A stretch of DNA of 64,000 nt from an uncultured Trueperella sp. (GCA_964344395.1 CAYFNA010000001.1:5410-69409); one strand, 5' to 3'. Counted from the first letter of the stretch, positions 36,995-47,584 are shown. Notes: a model not told the origin generated them from the sequence alone. A program made the numbers and translations.

Positions 36995-38182
36995 GTGACT
37001 CTTCAGCCCTTTACCTCGGAGTCTGTGACCGAGGGGCACCCCGATAAGGTTTGCGACCGCATTTCCGACGAGATTCTCGATGCGATGCTCGCGCAAGACC
37101 CGCAGGCGCGCGTAGCGATCGAAACACTCGTGTCCACGGGTCTGGTGCTCGTGGCCGGCGAGGTGACGACCAAGGCGTACGTCGAAATTCCCGAGATCAT
37201 TCGCAAGGCTGTGAAGGACATCGGCTACACGTCCTCGGAGATTGGCTTCGATGCCGATTCTTGCGGCGTCATGGTCTCGATTGGCCAGCAGTCGCCCGAT
37301 ATTGCCGGTGGTGTGGACGAATCCTACGAGGCCCGCGCCGACGGCGAGACGGATCCGTTCGACCTTCAGGGCGCGGGAGATCAGGGCCTGATGTTCGGCT
37401 ACGCCACGAACGAAACGCCCGAGCTCATGCCGCTACCTATTCATCTTTCGCACCGCCTCGCTGAGCGGCTTTCCGAGGTGCGCAAGCGCGGCATCGTGCC
37501 CGGCCTGCGCCCGGACGGCAAGACCCAGGTGACCGTGGACTACGACGAGAACGGCCCGGTTGCGATCAACACCGTCGTCGTGTCGACTCAGCATGCCGAC
37601 GACGTCACCCGCGAATGGCTGGAACGCGTCATTCGCGAGCACGTCATTGATCCCGTGCTGGCCGCGGAAACCGACGTTGATACCTCCACGATGAGGGTCT
37701 TCGTGAACCCGTCAGGCCGTTTCGTCCTCGGTGGTCCGCAGGCAGATGCCGGCGTGACCGGCCGTAAGGTTATCGTCGACACCTACGGCGGCATGGCTCG
37801 TCACGGTGGCGGAGCCTTCTCCGGAAAGGATCCGTCGAAGGTGGATCGCTCGGCCGCGTACGCTGCGCGTTGGGTGGCCAAGAACGTTGTCGCCGCTGGC
37901 CTTGCGGATCGGTGCGAGGTGCAGGTCGCGTACGCGATCGGAAAGGCTCAGCCAGTCTCGGTGCGCCTCGATACGTTCGGGACCGAGAAGCACGAGCTTG
38001 CCGCGATCGAGAAGGCTGTGGATAAAGTGTTCGACCTCAGGCCTGCCGCGCTGATCGCCGAGCTTGATCTGCTGCGCCCGATTTACGCCCAGACCTCGGC
38101 ATACGGTCACTTTGGCCGCGCCTTGGAGGACTTTACGTGGGAGAAGACCACGAAGGTCGAGGAGCTGCGAGCAGCGCTCTAA
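36995..38182 (+). CDS. metK: S-adenosylmethionine synthase
   Basis: [41 protein letters not shown]; 395 aa. Confidence 0.97.
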   Translation: MTLQPFTSESVTEGHPDKVCDRISDEILDAMLAQDPQARVAIETLVSTGLVLVAGEVTTKAYVEIPEIIRKAVKDIGYTSSEIGFDADSCGVMVSIGQQSPDIAGGVDESYEARADGETDPFDLQGAGDQGLMFGYATNETPELMPLPIHLSHRLAERLSEVRKRGIVPGLRPDGKTQVTVDYDENGPVAINTVVVSTQHADDVTREWLERVIREHVIDPVLAAETDVDTSTMRVFVNPSGRFVLGGPQADAGVTGRKVIVDTYGGMARHGGGAFSGKDPSKVDRSAAYAARWVAKNVVAAGLADRCEVQVAYAIGKAQPVSVRLDTFGTEKHELAAIEKAVDKVFDLRPAALIAELDLLRPIYAQTSAYGHFGRALEDFTWEKTTKVEELRAAL

Positions 38183-38212
38183 AGTGTCGGACACTCGTGA
38201 TTGAATAATGTC

Positions 38213-40291
38213 ATGAGTGAAAGCGAGGGTCTGTTCGACCTCCCCGACTACGGATATCAGGAAGAGTTGCTCTCCCTGAGTCCCGTCGCGCGCGATATCG
38301 ATTCCGATGTCGCGTTGCCAGTCGCTCGCGTTCTTCCAGATATGCCGCAGCCGCACATGGACAGGCTGTTCGACTACGAGATTCCGGCGAAGATGGCCGA
38401 CGTGGAGGTTGGCGCGCGGGTCGTGGTCGATATCGGTTCGCGCCGGGTCGATGGCTTCGTTGTGGAGCGCGCTCAGTCCACGAATTACCACAAGCTCCGG
38501 CCGATCCGCCGCGTTGTATCCCGGATCGGCGTGCTTACTCCCGAGGTCCTCGAGCTGTGCCGGCACGTTGCCCGGCGTCAGGCGAGCCCGGTGTCATCCG
38601 CGATCCGCCTCGCCGTCCCGCAACGTCACGCCCGGGCGGAAAAGGAGTTCCTCGAGCTACCTCCTCTCGCGCCCGCAGCACTGATTAGCCACGATGGTGC
38701 GGAGTGGGATCGCTACAACGGCGGCTCTCAGTTTACCGCGGAGTTTCGTGCGGGTCAGCGGCCAAGCGGCATCGTGAACCTGCGGGCTCGCGACCGAGCA
38801 CATCATCTTCTTCCATTCCTGTTGGCCGCGGTTCGCCAAGCGGATCAGGGCGCGATCGTCGTCGTTCCTACGCCCGCAATGGCGCGTACGCTTGCCGCGA
38901 CGTTGTCTGAGCGGGTTGGGGAGCACGTGGCTCTCATGATCTCCGAGGATGACCACGCCACGCGTTACCAAACGTTCCTGGGTGTGCTCGCGGGCCGCAC
39001 CCGGATCGTTGTGGGCACTCGGTCTGCGGTGTGGGCGCCGGTGAAAGATCTCGGCCTGGTGGCGATCGTTGACGACCATCATTCGGCCTTCGCCGAGCCT
39101 CGCAGTCCATACATTCATGCCCGCGAGGTACTCGCGATCCGGGCGAGCCAATCTGGCGCCTCGTTTATGGCGTTCAATTACGGCCCGTCGGCCGAGCTCG
39201 GGCAGATGGTCGCTCAGGGCAGAGCCCGCTGGATCACGCCGGCCGTGAGCGAGCATCGAGGTGGGGTCGCCCAGATTCTGTCCGCGAATGATTTCCGCAC
39301 CGAGGGCGTAGACCTGGCGCGCATGCCGTCCTCGGTCTTTCAGGTGACGAGCGCCGGGCTCGATCGCGGCCCCGTGCTCTTCATCGTCCCGCGCGCGGGC
39401 TACATTCCACTCCTTGCCTGCCAGAACTGCAGGGAAATTGCCGAGTGCCCGCAGTGCGCCGGCACTCTAGCGATCCCGCAGCCCGATTCGCCGCCGGTAT
39501 GCACCCGGTGTTCGTTCGTGGTGCGCAACTTCCGGTGCCTCAACTGCGGGGGAGCACGAATTCGAGCGGTGCGCATCGGCTCCCAGCGCACAGCCCAAGA
39601 AATCGGGCGGGCGTTCAAGGGCGAATCGATCCACGTGGCGGGCGTGGGAGAGGCGCGATCAACTCTGGACGGCTCCCGGCGCATCGTCGTGTCGACCCCC
39701 GGTGTAGCTCCCATTGTCGACGGCGGATACGCAGCCGGCATCGTGCTCGACGCGGGCTACATGTTGCGCTCCTCCCGGCTCGAATCGGAGGTGCAGTTCC
39801 TGCGTACCATCGCACACACGGCAGCGCACATTCGCGCCCGGTCGGTCGGCGGAACGCTCCTCGTGGTGGGAGACGTGTCCAACGAACTCATCTCGGCCCT
39901 CCACACGTGGGACATGGCGGGATGGACTGATAACCTCCTGCGCGAGCGTTCGGAGATCGGGCTTCCACCCACCTCCGTGTGGGTGGAACTCAAAGGCCCC
40001 GAGCACTCACTTCGCGACTATCTTGGCATGCTGCGATCGGCTGCCCACGAGCGCGGATACGACGCCGAAGGCGTGCCAGTCGATGCCCTGTTCGCGGGCG
40101 GAGCGCAGGACGTGATCCCGGGGATGGCTGTGCTCGGGCCCAATCCGGCTGGCGACGAGATGGTTGCCTACCTGCGTTATTCCGAAGCCGAACGCGCCGA
40201 AAAGACCGACGTCGTCTATGCAGCATACCGAGCGGCCTCGGCTCATCGGCTGTCTCCGGGATTACGGATCGTGGTGGATCCTCAGCTCTAG
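38213..40291 (+). CDS. priA: primosomal protein N' (PriA helicase)
   Basis: N-terminal 3'-DNA-binding domain, Cys-rich zinc cluster (CQNCREIAECPQCAGTL...CTRCSF...CLNCGG), helicase lobes. As in many actinobacterial PriA proteins, Walker A is poorly conserved. ATG at 38213; the ORF opens at 38201. Confidence 0.88.
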   Translation: MSESEGLFDLPDYGYQEELLSLSPVARDIDSDVALPVARVLPDMPQPHMDRLFDYEIPAKMADVEVGARVVVDIGSRRVDGFVVERAQSTNYHKLRPIRRVVSRIGVLTPEVLELCRHVARRQASPVSSAIRLAVPQRHARAEKEFLELPPLAPAALISHDGAEWDRYNGGSQFTAEFRAGQRPSGIVNLRARDRAHHLLPFLLAAVRQADQGAIVVVPTPAMARTLAATLSERVGEHVALMISEDDHATRYQTFLGVLAGRTRIVVGTRSAVWAPVKDLGLVAIVDDHHSAFAEPRSPYIHAREVLAIRASQSGASFMAFNYGPSAELGQMVAQGRARWITPAVSEHRGGVAQILSANDFRTEGVDLARMPSSVFQVTSAGLDRGPVLFIVPRAGYIPLLACQNCREIAECPQCAGTLAIPQPDSPPVCTRCSFVVRNFRCLNCGGARIRAVRIGSQRTAQEIGRAFKGESIHVAGVGEARSTLDGSRRIVVSTPGVAPIVDGGYAAGIVLDAGYMLRSSRLESEVQFLRTIAHTAAHIRARSVGGTLLVVGDVSNELISALHTWDMAGWTDNLLRERSEIGLPPTSVWVELKGPEHSLRDYLGMLRSAAHERGYDAEGVPVDALFAGGAQDVIPGMAVLGPNPAGDEMVAYLRYSEAERAEKTDVVYAAYRAASAHRLSPGLRIVVDPQL

Positions 40292-40317
40292 CGTACCCAC
40301 CTTATAGACTGACTCCC

Positions 40318-41241
40318 GTGCGTATTATTTTTGCTGGAACACCAGATACTGCTGTCCCATCTCTCGAGGCGTTAGTGCGAGACCACGAGGTGCTCGCGGT
40401 GCTTACACGCGCGCCTGCGCCGGTGGGGCGCAAGCGCGTGCTGACGAAGTCGGCCGTCCACGAACGCGCCGAAGAGCTCGGCCTGCCCGTGCTGACACCG
40501 GCCTCGCTGCGCGACGCCGAGGTGCACGCCGAAATCGCGGCTTACGAGCCAGAGGCGATCGCCGTCGTCGCCTATGGAATGCTCGTGCCACCGGAGCTGC
40601 TCGCCGTGCCAGTGCACGGATGGCTGAACCTCCACTTTTCGCTACTCCCACGGTGGCGCGGAGCCGCGCCCGTGCAGTACGCCATCGCGGCGGGAGACTC
40701 CACGACGGGTACCGCCGTGTTCCAGATTGAGGAGGGCTTGGACACGGGTCCGGTGTTTGACGTCGAAGAACGAGAGATGTCCGCGGCAGACACGGCGGAA
40801 AGCTTGCTGGATGAACTCGCCGTCAGCGGCGCGCGCCAGCTGTCCGAGGTTCTTGCACGCATCGAGCGCGGCGAGGGCGAATCGCGGCCCCAAGAGGGCG
40901 AGCCCACGTTCGCACCCCGGCTGACATCGAAGGACGCCCGCATCGACTGGTCCGAGCCTGCTGAGGTCGTCTCGGCAAAGACCCGCGGATGGTGGCCTGC
41001 GCCAGGCGCGTGGACGTGCGTCGGAACAACCAGGGTCAAACTGGGCCCCGTTGCCGTGACGGACGTCGAGGGACTTGCGGTGGGGGAGATTCGCGCAGGG
41101 GCGACCGTGCTCGTTGGCACCGGGACGACGGCGGTCGAGCTCGATCGCGTCGGGCCCGCCGGCAAAGCGTGGATGAATGCTGCAGACTGGGCGCGAGGCC
41201 TGAACTCTGATCATCTATCATTTGGAGAGAACAATGCATGA
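40318..41241 (+). CDS. fmt: methionyl-tRNA formyltransferase
   Basis: VRIIFAGTPDTAVPSL..., LNLHFSLLPRWRGAAPVQ (SLLP motif). The GTG at 40318 lies just after the priA stop. The upstream part of the ORF (39979-40317) overlaps priA and is Arg-rich noise. Confidence 0.93.
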   Translation: MRIIFAGTPDTAVPSLEALVRDHEVLAVLTRAPAPVGRKRVLTKSAVHERAEELGLPVLTPASLRDAEVHAEIAAYEPEAIAVVAYGMLVPPELLAVPVHGWLNLHFSLLPRWRGAAPVQYAIAAGDSTTGTAVFQIEEGLDTGPVFDVEEREMSAADTAESLLDELAVSGARQLSEVLARIERGEGESRPQEGEPTFAPRLTSKDARIDWSEPAEVVSAKTRGWWPAPGAWTCVGTTRVKLGPVAVTDVEGLAVGEIRAGATVLVGTGTTAVELDRVGPAGKAWMNAADWARGLNSDHLSFGENNA

Positions 41242-42640
41242 GCGTCCCAGAAATTGGCGACCAGGCCGCCAATCCTCAGATCCGGCACGCACCGTCGTCT
41301 TTGATGTGCTCATGGACGTGGAGGTTAACGGCGCCTATGCGAACATCGCTCTTCCACGGGCAATCCGCTCAGCCAGACTGAACCGCCAGAACGCCGCGTA
41401 CGCCACGAATCTTGCATACGGCACCCTGCGCATGCAGGGCCGCTGGGATGCGATCCTTGCTCACTGCATGGATCGCCCCGACGTCGACCCCGAGGTCCGC
41501 GTGCTCCTGCGAATGGGAACCCACCAGCTCCTTGAGCTTCGCACCCCGCCGCACGCCGCCATTCACGAGACAGTCATGCTCGCCCGCAACGAGGTGGGCA
41601 CGGGCTCGTCCGGGTTTATCAACGCCGTTTTGCGCCGGGTATCCGAGCGCACGCCCAAGCAGTGGCAGGATCAGCTCAAGAAGGATCACGGCAAGGTCAA
41701 CACCGTCGGATTCCTCTCCGACTGGTTCTCGCACCCGAAGTGGATTGTTCGAGCCCTATCCGAGTCGCTGAGAGCTCACGGCCGCACTCACAAGGATCTT
41801 CTGTCCGTCCTGCGCGCACACAACGAACCGGCGGCGGTCGCGCTTGTGGCCCGCGACATCCCGGTTGAGGAACTGCGTGCCGATATAGGCAGGGGCCACA
41901 TGGACTCCACGCCCGGCCACCTCGTCGATACCGCCGTGCTCCTCGAAGGAGGCGATCCCGGCCGCGTCTTTGCCGTCAAGGATGGCTACGCGGGGGTGCA
42001 GGACGAGGGGTCGCAACTCGTGGCTCGCACGTTCGCCGCGGCGCCGATCGACGGCCCAGACGGCGCCTGGCTGGATATGTGTTCCGGCCCGGGCGGCAAG
42101 ACAGCCACGCTCGCGGCGCTCAACCCCAAGGCAACGATCTTCGCCAATGAACTCCACGAACATCGCCTCGACCTCGTGGCTGATTCAGTGGGACCGTGGT
42201 CGGACAGGGTGAACCTTCGCCTTGGCGACGGACGAGATATCGGCGCCGAGGAACCGCAGCGCTATGATCGCGTCCTTATCGATGCTCCCTGCACGGGAAT
42301 CGGCGCGCTCCGGCGTCGTCCGGAATCTCGCTGGAACAAGGAAGCGGCGGACGCCTTCGACCTCGTCAAACTCCAGCTCTCGCTCCTTGAATCCGGGTGG
42401 GACGCGCTGCGCAGCGGGGGAGTGCTCGGGTACTCCACGTGCTCGCCATACTTGGCTGAAACCACGCAGGTGATGGAGACGTTCTTGGCGGGCAGGGAGG
42501 ACGCGATCGTGCTCGACGCCAACGAAATCGCAACGGGCGAGTCGGTGATGGACATCGAAGGTGAGGGCCCGTATCTGCAGCTGTGGCCGGATCAGCATAA
42601 GTCGGACTCAATGTTCTTGGCGCTCATCAAGAAGAGGTAG
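41234..42640 (+). CDS. rsmB: 16S rRNA (cytosine-C5)-methyltransferase RsmB/Sun
   Basis: N-terminal NusB-like domain and SAM methyltransferase core (LDMCSGPGGKT, DRVLIDAPCTGIGALRRRPE, GYSTCS). The ATG at 41234 overlaps the fmt stop. Confidence 0.9.
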   Translation: MHERPRNWRPGRQSSDPARTVVFDVLMDVEVNGAYANIALPRAIRSARLNRQNAAYATNLAYGTLRMQGRWDAILAHCMDRPDVDPEVRVLLRMGTHQLLELRTPPHAAIHETVMLARNEVGTGSSGFINAVLRRVSERTPKQWQDQLKKDHGKVNTVGFLSDWFSHPKWIVRALSESLRAHGRTHKDLLSVLRAHNEPAAVALVARDIPVEELRADIGRGHMDSTPGHLVDTAVLLEGGDPGRVFAVKDGYAGVQDEGSQLVARTFAAAPIDGPDGAWLDMCSGPGGKTATLAALNPKATIFANELHEHRLDLVADSVGPWSDRVNLRLGDGRDIGAEEPQRYDRVLIDAPCTGIGALRRRPESRWNKEAADAFDLVKLQLSLLESGWDALRSGGVLGYSTCSPYLAETTQVMETFLAGREDAIVLDANEIATGESVMDIEGEGPYLQLWPDQHKSDSMFLALIKKR

Positions 42641-42649
42641 GTTGGGCTC

Positions 42650-43306
42650 ATGAGAATCAACCCCTCCATTTTGAACTGCGATTTTTCCGATCTCAAAGGT
42701 GAGCTTCATAAGATCCGCAATGCGGATTGGGCTCACGTGGACGTGATGGACAACCATTTCGTCCCGAACCTCACGATGGGCGTTCCGATTGTTGAAGCGA
42801 TCGTGGGAACCAGCGAGATTCCGATCGACACGCACCTCATGATCGAGAACCCGGATGTCTGGGCTCCACAGTATGCGGAGGCGGGCGCGAAGTCGGTGAC
42901 CTTCCATGTGGAGGCCGCAGCCGCGCCGCTGCGCCTAGCCCGCGAGCTACGCGCCATGGGCGTCCGCGCGGGTCTGGGGCTCAAACCCGCCACACCGATC
43001 GAGCCGTACCTGGATATCCTCGATGAGTTCGACATGATCCTCGTCATGACCGTCGAGCCGGGGTTCGGCGGCCAGTCGTTCATCCACTCGATGATGCCCA
43101 AGGTTCGCCGCACGCGCGAGGCGATCGACAAGCATGGTCTGGATGTGTGGATTCAGGTCGACGGCGGTGTGTCACGTGACACGATTGAGATCGCGGCCGA
43201 AGCTGGTGCAGACACGTTTGTGGCTGGATCTGCGGTGTATAAGGCCGAAGATGCCTACGCGGAAGTCGAGCACTTGCGTTCGCTCGTCAGCGGCCATTCC
43301 CACTAA
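42650..43306 (+). CDS. rpe: ribulose-phosphate 3-epimerase
   Basis: [36 protein letters not shown] signatures. Confidence 0.96.
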   Translation: MRINPSILNCDFSDLKGELHKIRNADWAHVDVMDNHFVPNLTMGVPIVEAIVGTSEIPIDTHLMIENPDVWAPQYAEAGAKSVTFHVEAAAAPLRLARELRAMGVRAGLGLKPATPIEPYLDILDEFDMILVMTVEPGFGGQSFIHSMMPKVRRTREAIDKHGLDVWIQVDGGVSRDTIEIAAEAGADTFVAGSAVYKAEDAYAEVEHLRSLVSGHSH

Positions 43307-43335
43307 TTGAAATTTCAGCATATACTGGCCTCACA

Positions 43336-43449
43336 TGCTTCGGGGTCAGTGAAAATCTGAACCGGCGGTGATAGTCCGCGACCCGGCCTTCGGCCGGTTG
43401 ATGAGGTGAAATTCCTCAACCGACGGTTAAAGTCCGGATGGGAGAAGCA
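43336..43449 (+). promoter_or_regulatory. FMN riboswitch (RFN element) aptamer
   Basis: CTTCGGGGTCAGTGAAAATCTGAACCGGCGGTGATAGTCCGCGACC ... GGTGAAATTCCTCAACCGACGGTTAAAGTCCGGATGGGAGAAGCA matches the conserved RFN core. P1 is TGCTTC (43336-43341) / GAAGCA (43444-43449). A good -10 hexamer TATACT lies at 43321-43326. Confidence 0.9.
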
Positions 43450-43530
43450 GGATGGACGGCCGATGGCCGTCGTTAATGTCGCGGGCCTTTGGCCTGCGCG
43501 TCCGAACCCCGACGCGTGGGGAGAGGACAT

Positions 43531-44292
43531 ATGAACTCGACGATGAAATGGGCTGCGCCGCTGGTGCTTGGCCTTGTCATCCTCATCGCCTGGGTTACTG
43601 CGACTAAAACGGGCATGGTCGGTAGCTGGGCGCTACCTTCGCCTGGCCACGTCTGGAGGCGCATCGTCTCCGGTATTTCGAATGGTTACCTGCTCGATGC
43701 GACCGCCCAAACCATGACCGAGGCACTCCTTGGCTGCGTGTTCGGCACCGTTATCGGCGTGCCACTCGGATTTGCCATCGCCCATTTCAAGCCTCTGGCC
43801 GCGTCGGTGCAGCCGTATCTGGCCGCATCCCAAGCCATCCCCGCCGTCGCCATTGCACCGCTTCTTGTGGTGTGGGTGGGCTACGGAATGACGCCGATCG
43901 TGGTGCTGTGCACGATCATGGTCGTTTTCCCGATCATCATTAACACGACGGTGGGCGTGCGCTCGATCGATCCGGATCTCATCGGCGCCGCGCGCATCGA
44001 CGGCGCTGGCTCCCTCACCCTCTTGGGTTTCATCGAGTTACCGCTCGCCGCCCCGTTGATCTTGGCCGGGCTACGCAATGGTTTCACGCTGTCGATCACC
44101 GGCGCCGTCGTCGGTGAATTGGTGGTTGGCGGTCAAACCGGCCTCGGCATCCTTCTCAGCAGCGCCCAGTCGCTCAACGATTCGTCCGGAATGTTCGCCG
44201 CCATCGGCATCCTCGCCGTCACGGCGATCTCAATCTACGTCGTCATCTTGATCATTGAAAACAAGGCCCACGAGGCCGTCTCGGAAAGGTAA
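43531..44292 (+). CDS. ABC transporter permease (NitT/TauT-type), FMN-riboswitch controlled
   Basis: About 6 TM helices with an EAA-like loop (IGAARIDGAGSLTLLGFIELPLAAP). The ATG at 43531 is preceded by GGAGAGG. First gene after the riboswitch. Confidence 0.85.
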   Translation: MNSTMKWAAPLVLGLVILIAWVTATKTGMVGSWALPSPGHVWRRIVSGISNGYLLDATAQTMTEALLGCVFGTVIGVPLGFAIAHFKPLAASVQPYLAASQAIPAVAIAPLLVVWVGYGMTPIVVLCTIMVVFPIIINTTVGVRSIDPDLIGAARIDGAGSLTLLGFIELPLAAPLILAGLRNGFTLSITGAVVGELVVGGQTGLGILLSSAQSLNDSSGMFAAIGILAVTAISIYVVILIIENKAHEAVSER

Positions 44293-44296
44293 GGCA

Positions 44297-45310
44297 ATGA
44301 AGAAACTATGTGCTGTGCTCGCACTTCTCGCTCTCGGAGCATGCTCCAGTGGCGGGGGAGAACCGGCGACGACGGCCCCAGCGGCATCCGAGGGTGAGCG
44401 CCCGGCCGTGACCATCGGCCTGACCTACATCCCTGACGTGCAGTTCGCGCCGATCTATGTGGCCGAGGCGAATGGATACTTCGACGAGGCGGGTGTGGAC
44501 GTGACGATTCGACACCACGGCGCGCAGGAATCTCTGTTCGGAGCCATTCAGAGTGGCGAGGAGGACATCGTGTTCGCGGGCGGCGACGAAATGATGCAAG
44601 CCCGCTCCACCGGCGTCGATATCGTCAACTGGGCAACGATGTACCAGACCTACCCCGTCACCCTCATTGTCAAGGAGGACTCCGGCATCGAATCGGCGGC
44701 GGATCTTGAGGGCAAGTCCGTGGGACTGCCCGGGCCCTACGGCGAGAACTACTTCGGCCTGCTGGCGATGATCGAGGACTATGGCCTCAGCGACGTCCAG
44801 ATCGAATACATCGGCTACACGCAGACCACGGCGCTCGCCACGGATTCCGTGGACTCCATTATGGGCTTTTCTAATAACGATGCCGTCGCGATGAGGAACG
44901 CTGGTATGGACGTGGTTGAGCTCCCGCTCGTCCAAGGCGATCTGCCGCTGATCGGCGTCGGGCTCGGAAGCATGGCGGACAACCTCGATCCGGTGACTCT
45001 GGCCAAAGTCCTCGAGGCCATCGATCGCGGCGCCACAGCGGCGTCTGAGGATACGCAGGCGACGCTCGACATCGTCGAAACGTACGTGCCGGCTCTGAGT
45101 GAGCCTGAGCAGCGCGAGGTCTCGGCGCAGGTGCTGGAAGCAACACTCGAGCTCTACATGGGCGGCGAGACGTTCGGCTATCAGGACGCCGAGCGATGGG
45201 ACGCAATGGCAACGTTCATGGCCGACGCCGATCTGCTCGAGATCCCCGTGCCCGCAGCGGATGCGTACACGACCTCCGTTCTTGACTACCGGACGGGATC
45301 CGCTGAGTAG
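44297..45310 (+). CDS. ABC transporter substrate-binding lipoprotein (NMT1/ThiY-like fold)
   Basis: Lipobox MKKLCAVLALLALGAC, then TIGLTYIPDVQFAPIYVAEANGYF, typical of NMT1/SsuA/ThiY-type binding proteins. Second gene after the riboswitch. Confidence 0.85.
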   Translation: MKKLCAVLALLALGACSSGGGEPATTAPAASEGERPAVTIGLTYIPDVQFAPIYVAEANGYFDEAGVDVTIRHHGAQESLFGAIQSGEEDIVFAGGDEMMQARSTGVDIVNWATMYQTYPVTLIVKEDSGIESAADLEGKSVGLPGPYGENYFGLLAMIEDYGLSDVQIEYIGYTQTTALATDSVDSIMGFSNNDAVAMRNAGMDVVELPLVQGDLPLIGVGLGSMADNLDPVTLAKVLEAIDRGATAASEDTQATLDIVETYVPALSEPEQREVSAQVLEATLELYMGGETFGYQDAERWDAMATFMADADLLEIPVPAADAYTTSVLDYRTGSAE

Positions 45311-45333
45311 AGAAGCTTCGATAGGATAGAGCC

Positions 45334-45597
45334 GTGAAAACCTTTGAGGAACTTTTTGAGGAGCTATCCATCAAGGCCGTCGAGAGGCCCGAGGGGTCTG
45401 GCTCGGTCAAGGAGCTTGACGCCGGCGTCCATTTTATTGGGAAGAAGATTCTGGAAGAGGCGGGCGAGGTGTGGATCGCGGCCGAGTACGAGTCGGACGA
45501 TGCTCTCGCGGAAGAGGCCTCCCAGTTGCTCTACCACCTTCAGCTCATGCTGATTAAGCGCGGGCTGACCCTCACCGACGTCTACCGATACCTCTAG
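45334..45597 (+). CDS. hisE: phosphoribosyl-ATP pyrophosphatase
   Basis: [15 protein letters not shown]...[18 protein letters not shown]...[13 protein letters not shown]; 87 aa. Confidence 0.92.
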   Translation: MKTFEELFEELSIKAVERPEGSGSVKELDAGVHFIGKKILEEAGEVWIAAEYESDDALAEEASQLLYHLQLMLIKRGLTLTDVYRYL

Positions 45598-45604
45598 GAG
45601 AACT

Positions 45605-46450
45605 ATGCTTCGCATTGCTGTCCCGAACAAGGGATCCCTGTCCGAGCCCGCTTCGCGCATGCTTGCCGAGGCCGGCTACCGCCAGCGTCGTGAGAGCCGC
45701 GAGCTCGTGCTCGTGGACGCGGAAAACGAGGTGGAGTTCTTCTATATCCGCCCGCGTGACGTGGCGGTGTACGTCGGGGCCGGAACAGTCGACGTCGGCA
45801 TCACCGGCCGCGACCTGCTGCTGGACTCGGGCGCGAACGCGGTAGAACACCGCGGCCTCGGCTTCGCGCGCGCGACCTTCCGGTTCGCGGCGCCGGGCGG
45901 GCAGGACCTGACTCTCGAGGATCTCGCGGGCAAGCGTATTGCCACGTCCTATGACGCGCTCGTGACGAACTACCTGGCCGAGCGCGGCATCGACGCGGAG
46001 GTCGTGCACCTCGATGGCGCCGTGGAGAGCTCGGTTCGCCTCGGCGTCGCGGACGCGATCGCGGACGTCGTCGAAACGGGTTCAACGCTGCGCGCCGCAG
46101 GTATGGACGTCTTTGGAGACCCGCTCCTCAGGTCCGAAGCGATCCTCATTCGCAACGCGGACATGGAGGTCACGCGTGACATCCACATCCTCGACGGGCG
46201 CCTCGAGGGCGTCATCATGGCCCGCAGCTACGTGCTCATGGATTACGACATCCAGCGCGAGCACCTCGACGCGGCCGTCAAGCTCACGCCCGGCTACCAG
46301 TCGCCAACCGTCTCACCGCTCCACGATGAGGAGTGGGTGGCCGTGCGCGCGATGGTCGAGCGCTCCACGATGAACCGAGTGATGGATGATCTTCACGACG
46401 TCGGCGCGCGCGGCATCATCGTGACCCCGATTATCACCTCGCGTATCTGA
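45605..46450 (+). CDS. hisG: ATP phosphoribosyltransferase (long form)
   Basis: [16 protein letters not shown]..., [23 protein letters not shown], and a C-terminal regulatory domain; 281 aa. Confidence 0.95.
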   Translation: MLRIAVPNKGSLSEPASRMLAEAGYRQRRESRELVLVDAENEVEFFYIRPRDVAVYVGAGTVDVGITGRDLLLDSGANAVEHRGLGFARATFRFAAPGGQDLTLEDLAGKRIATSYDALVTNYLAERGIDAEVVHLDGAVESSVRLGVADAIADVVETGSTLRAAGMDVFGDPLLRSEAILIRNADMEVTRDIHILDGRLEGVIMARSYVLMDYDIQREHLDAAVKLTPGYQSPTVSPLHDEEWVAVRAMVERSTMNRVMDDLHDVGARGIIVTPIITSRI

Positions 46451-46454
46451 GCCG

Positions 46455-47552
46455 TCAGGCGCGGTGTCTGAGTAACCGTCCTGCGTAGACGCCTGCTGCC
46501 GCCACCGCGAGGAACGAGAGCGGATCGTCCAGATAGCCGCGACCCATCGTGTTCAAGGGCGCGGGCGGCGTGCGCAAGATCTCATCCAAGTCGTCTGCAG
46601 GCACGCCGACCAGCGTGAGGGAGTCGTTGCCCGCCAACTCCACGAGCTGGCGTGCCATCTTTGCCGCAACCTCTTCGTCGATATCCGTTAGTTCCGGCGC
46701 GACGACGGCGCACGGCACGCGCACGATGTCACTGAGCACGCGCATCGTGTGGTGGGAGATGACGCGGTGGCGTTCGCGCGGGTCGGCCTGCGACGCGCGG
46801 AGCGCGGCGATCGGCCTACCACCGAGCACGTGAGCCGCATTGAGCGCCTCTCCCGTGGAGGTTCCGGAAAAGCCCCAGCGGGTGTCCGTGCCGAGGTTGC
46901 CCGGCCCCTGAGCGACGATGGCAACATCGGCGTTCCAAACGTGGCGAGCGGCGAGCAAAGCCGTGTAGACGTTGACTGATTCGAGTTCTCCGCCATAGGC
47001 CTGCCCGGACGAAATGGTGCCAAGGATGTGGCCGCCGTCGCGCAGTCGGTGAGCCGTCTGAGAAAACCACGCCGGTAGTGCTCCGCCGTCGGTCATGACG
47101 TAGGCGATCTTCGCCCCGGGCGCCACGTGGTGGATTCCGGCCACGATCGCGGGAAGCGCTGAATGAAGGTCCGCGGCGATGACGGGCATGCCGTCAACCG
47201 AGTCCGCGTCGCGAAGGATCTCGTGATGGGCGGATTCTTCCTCGTCGACACCGAGCACCATGTACTGCATGGGCGTATAGCGCGCCTTCACAATGTGCCC
47301 GGGCGCGTGCGGCCCATCCGCGGGCAGGCGGTCAGGAATGGCGACGATCATGACGTACCCGCCCGTGCCAAGGCCGCGCTCGTGGGCGGCGGCTGTCACG
47401 AGCACTCGCTCGCCGGCCTGCGGGCGGCCAACCTGAGGAATGTAGGCGAGGGCGCGAACTGACGTGCCGTCGGCCAGCGTGGCGTCGTATTCAACGGCCT
47501 TGCCCCACGTTGCTCGTTCCCGCTCGATGTGAGCGCTTCTCCACTTCATCAC
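46455..47552 (-). CDS. conserved protein of unknown function (DUF3866-like)
   Basis: 365-aa soluble protein with good coding character. My recollection of the DUF3866 family pattern (GERVLVT...LGTGGY..., VMTDGGALP, ISSGQAYGG) is the only basis for the family name. Confidence 0.6.
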   Translation of the reverse strand: MMKWRSAHIERERATWGKAVEYDATLADGTSVRALAYIPQVGRPQAGERVLVTAAAHERGLGTGGYVMIVAIPDRLPADGPHAPGHIVKARYTPMQYMVLGVDEEESAHHEILRDADSVDGMPVIAADLHSALPAIVAGIHHVAPGAKIAYVMTDGGALPAWFSQTAHRLRDGGHILGTISSGQAYGGELESVNVYTALLAARHVWNADVAIVAQGPGNLGTDTRWGFSGTSTGEALNAAHVLGGRPIAALRASQADPRERHRVISHHTMRVLSDIVRVPCAVVAPELTDIDEEVAAKMARQLVELAGNDSLTLVGVPADDLDEILRTPPAPLNTMGRGYLDDPLSFLAVAAAGVYAGRLLRHRA

Positions 47553-47584
47553 GACTACGAGCCTAGTGCATTAGGGTTGGAACC

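Noticed and set aside
38183-38195. Palindrome AGTGTC-G-GACACT between metK and priA, containing TGTCGG
   Set aside because: Only a half-match to the damage-promoter motif, and the nearest TAnnnT (TAATGT) is at the wrong spacing. It may be a small hairpin or operator, but there is no supporting context.
39979-40317. 113-codon N-terminal extension of the fmt ORF
   Set aside because: It overlaps the 3' end of priA in another frame and is Arg-rich nonsense. The conserved Fmt N-terminus (VRIIFAGTPD) begins at the GTG at 40318, just after the priA stop.
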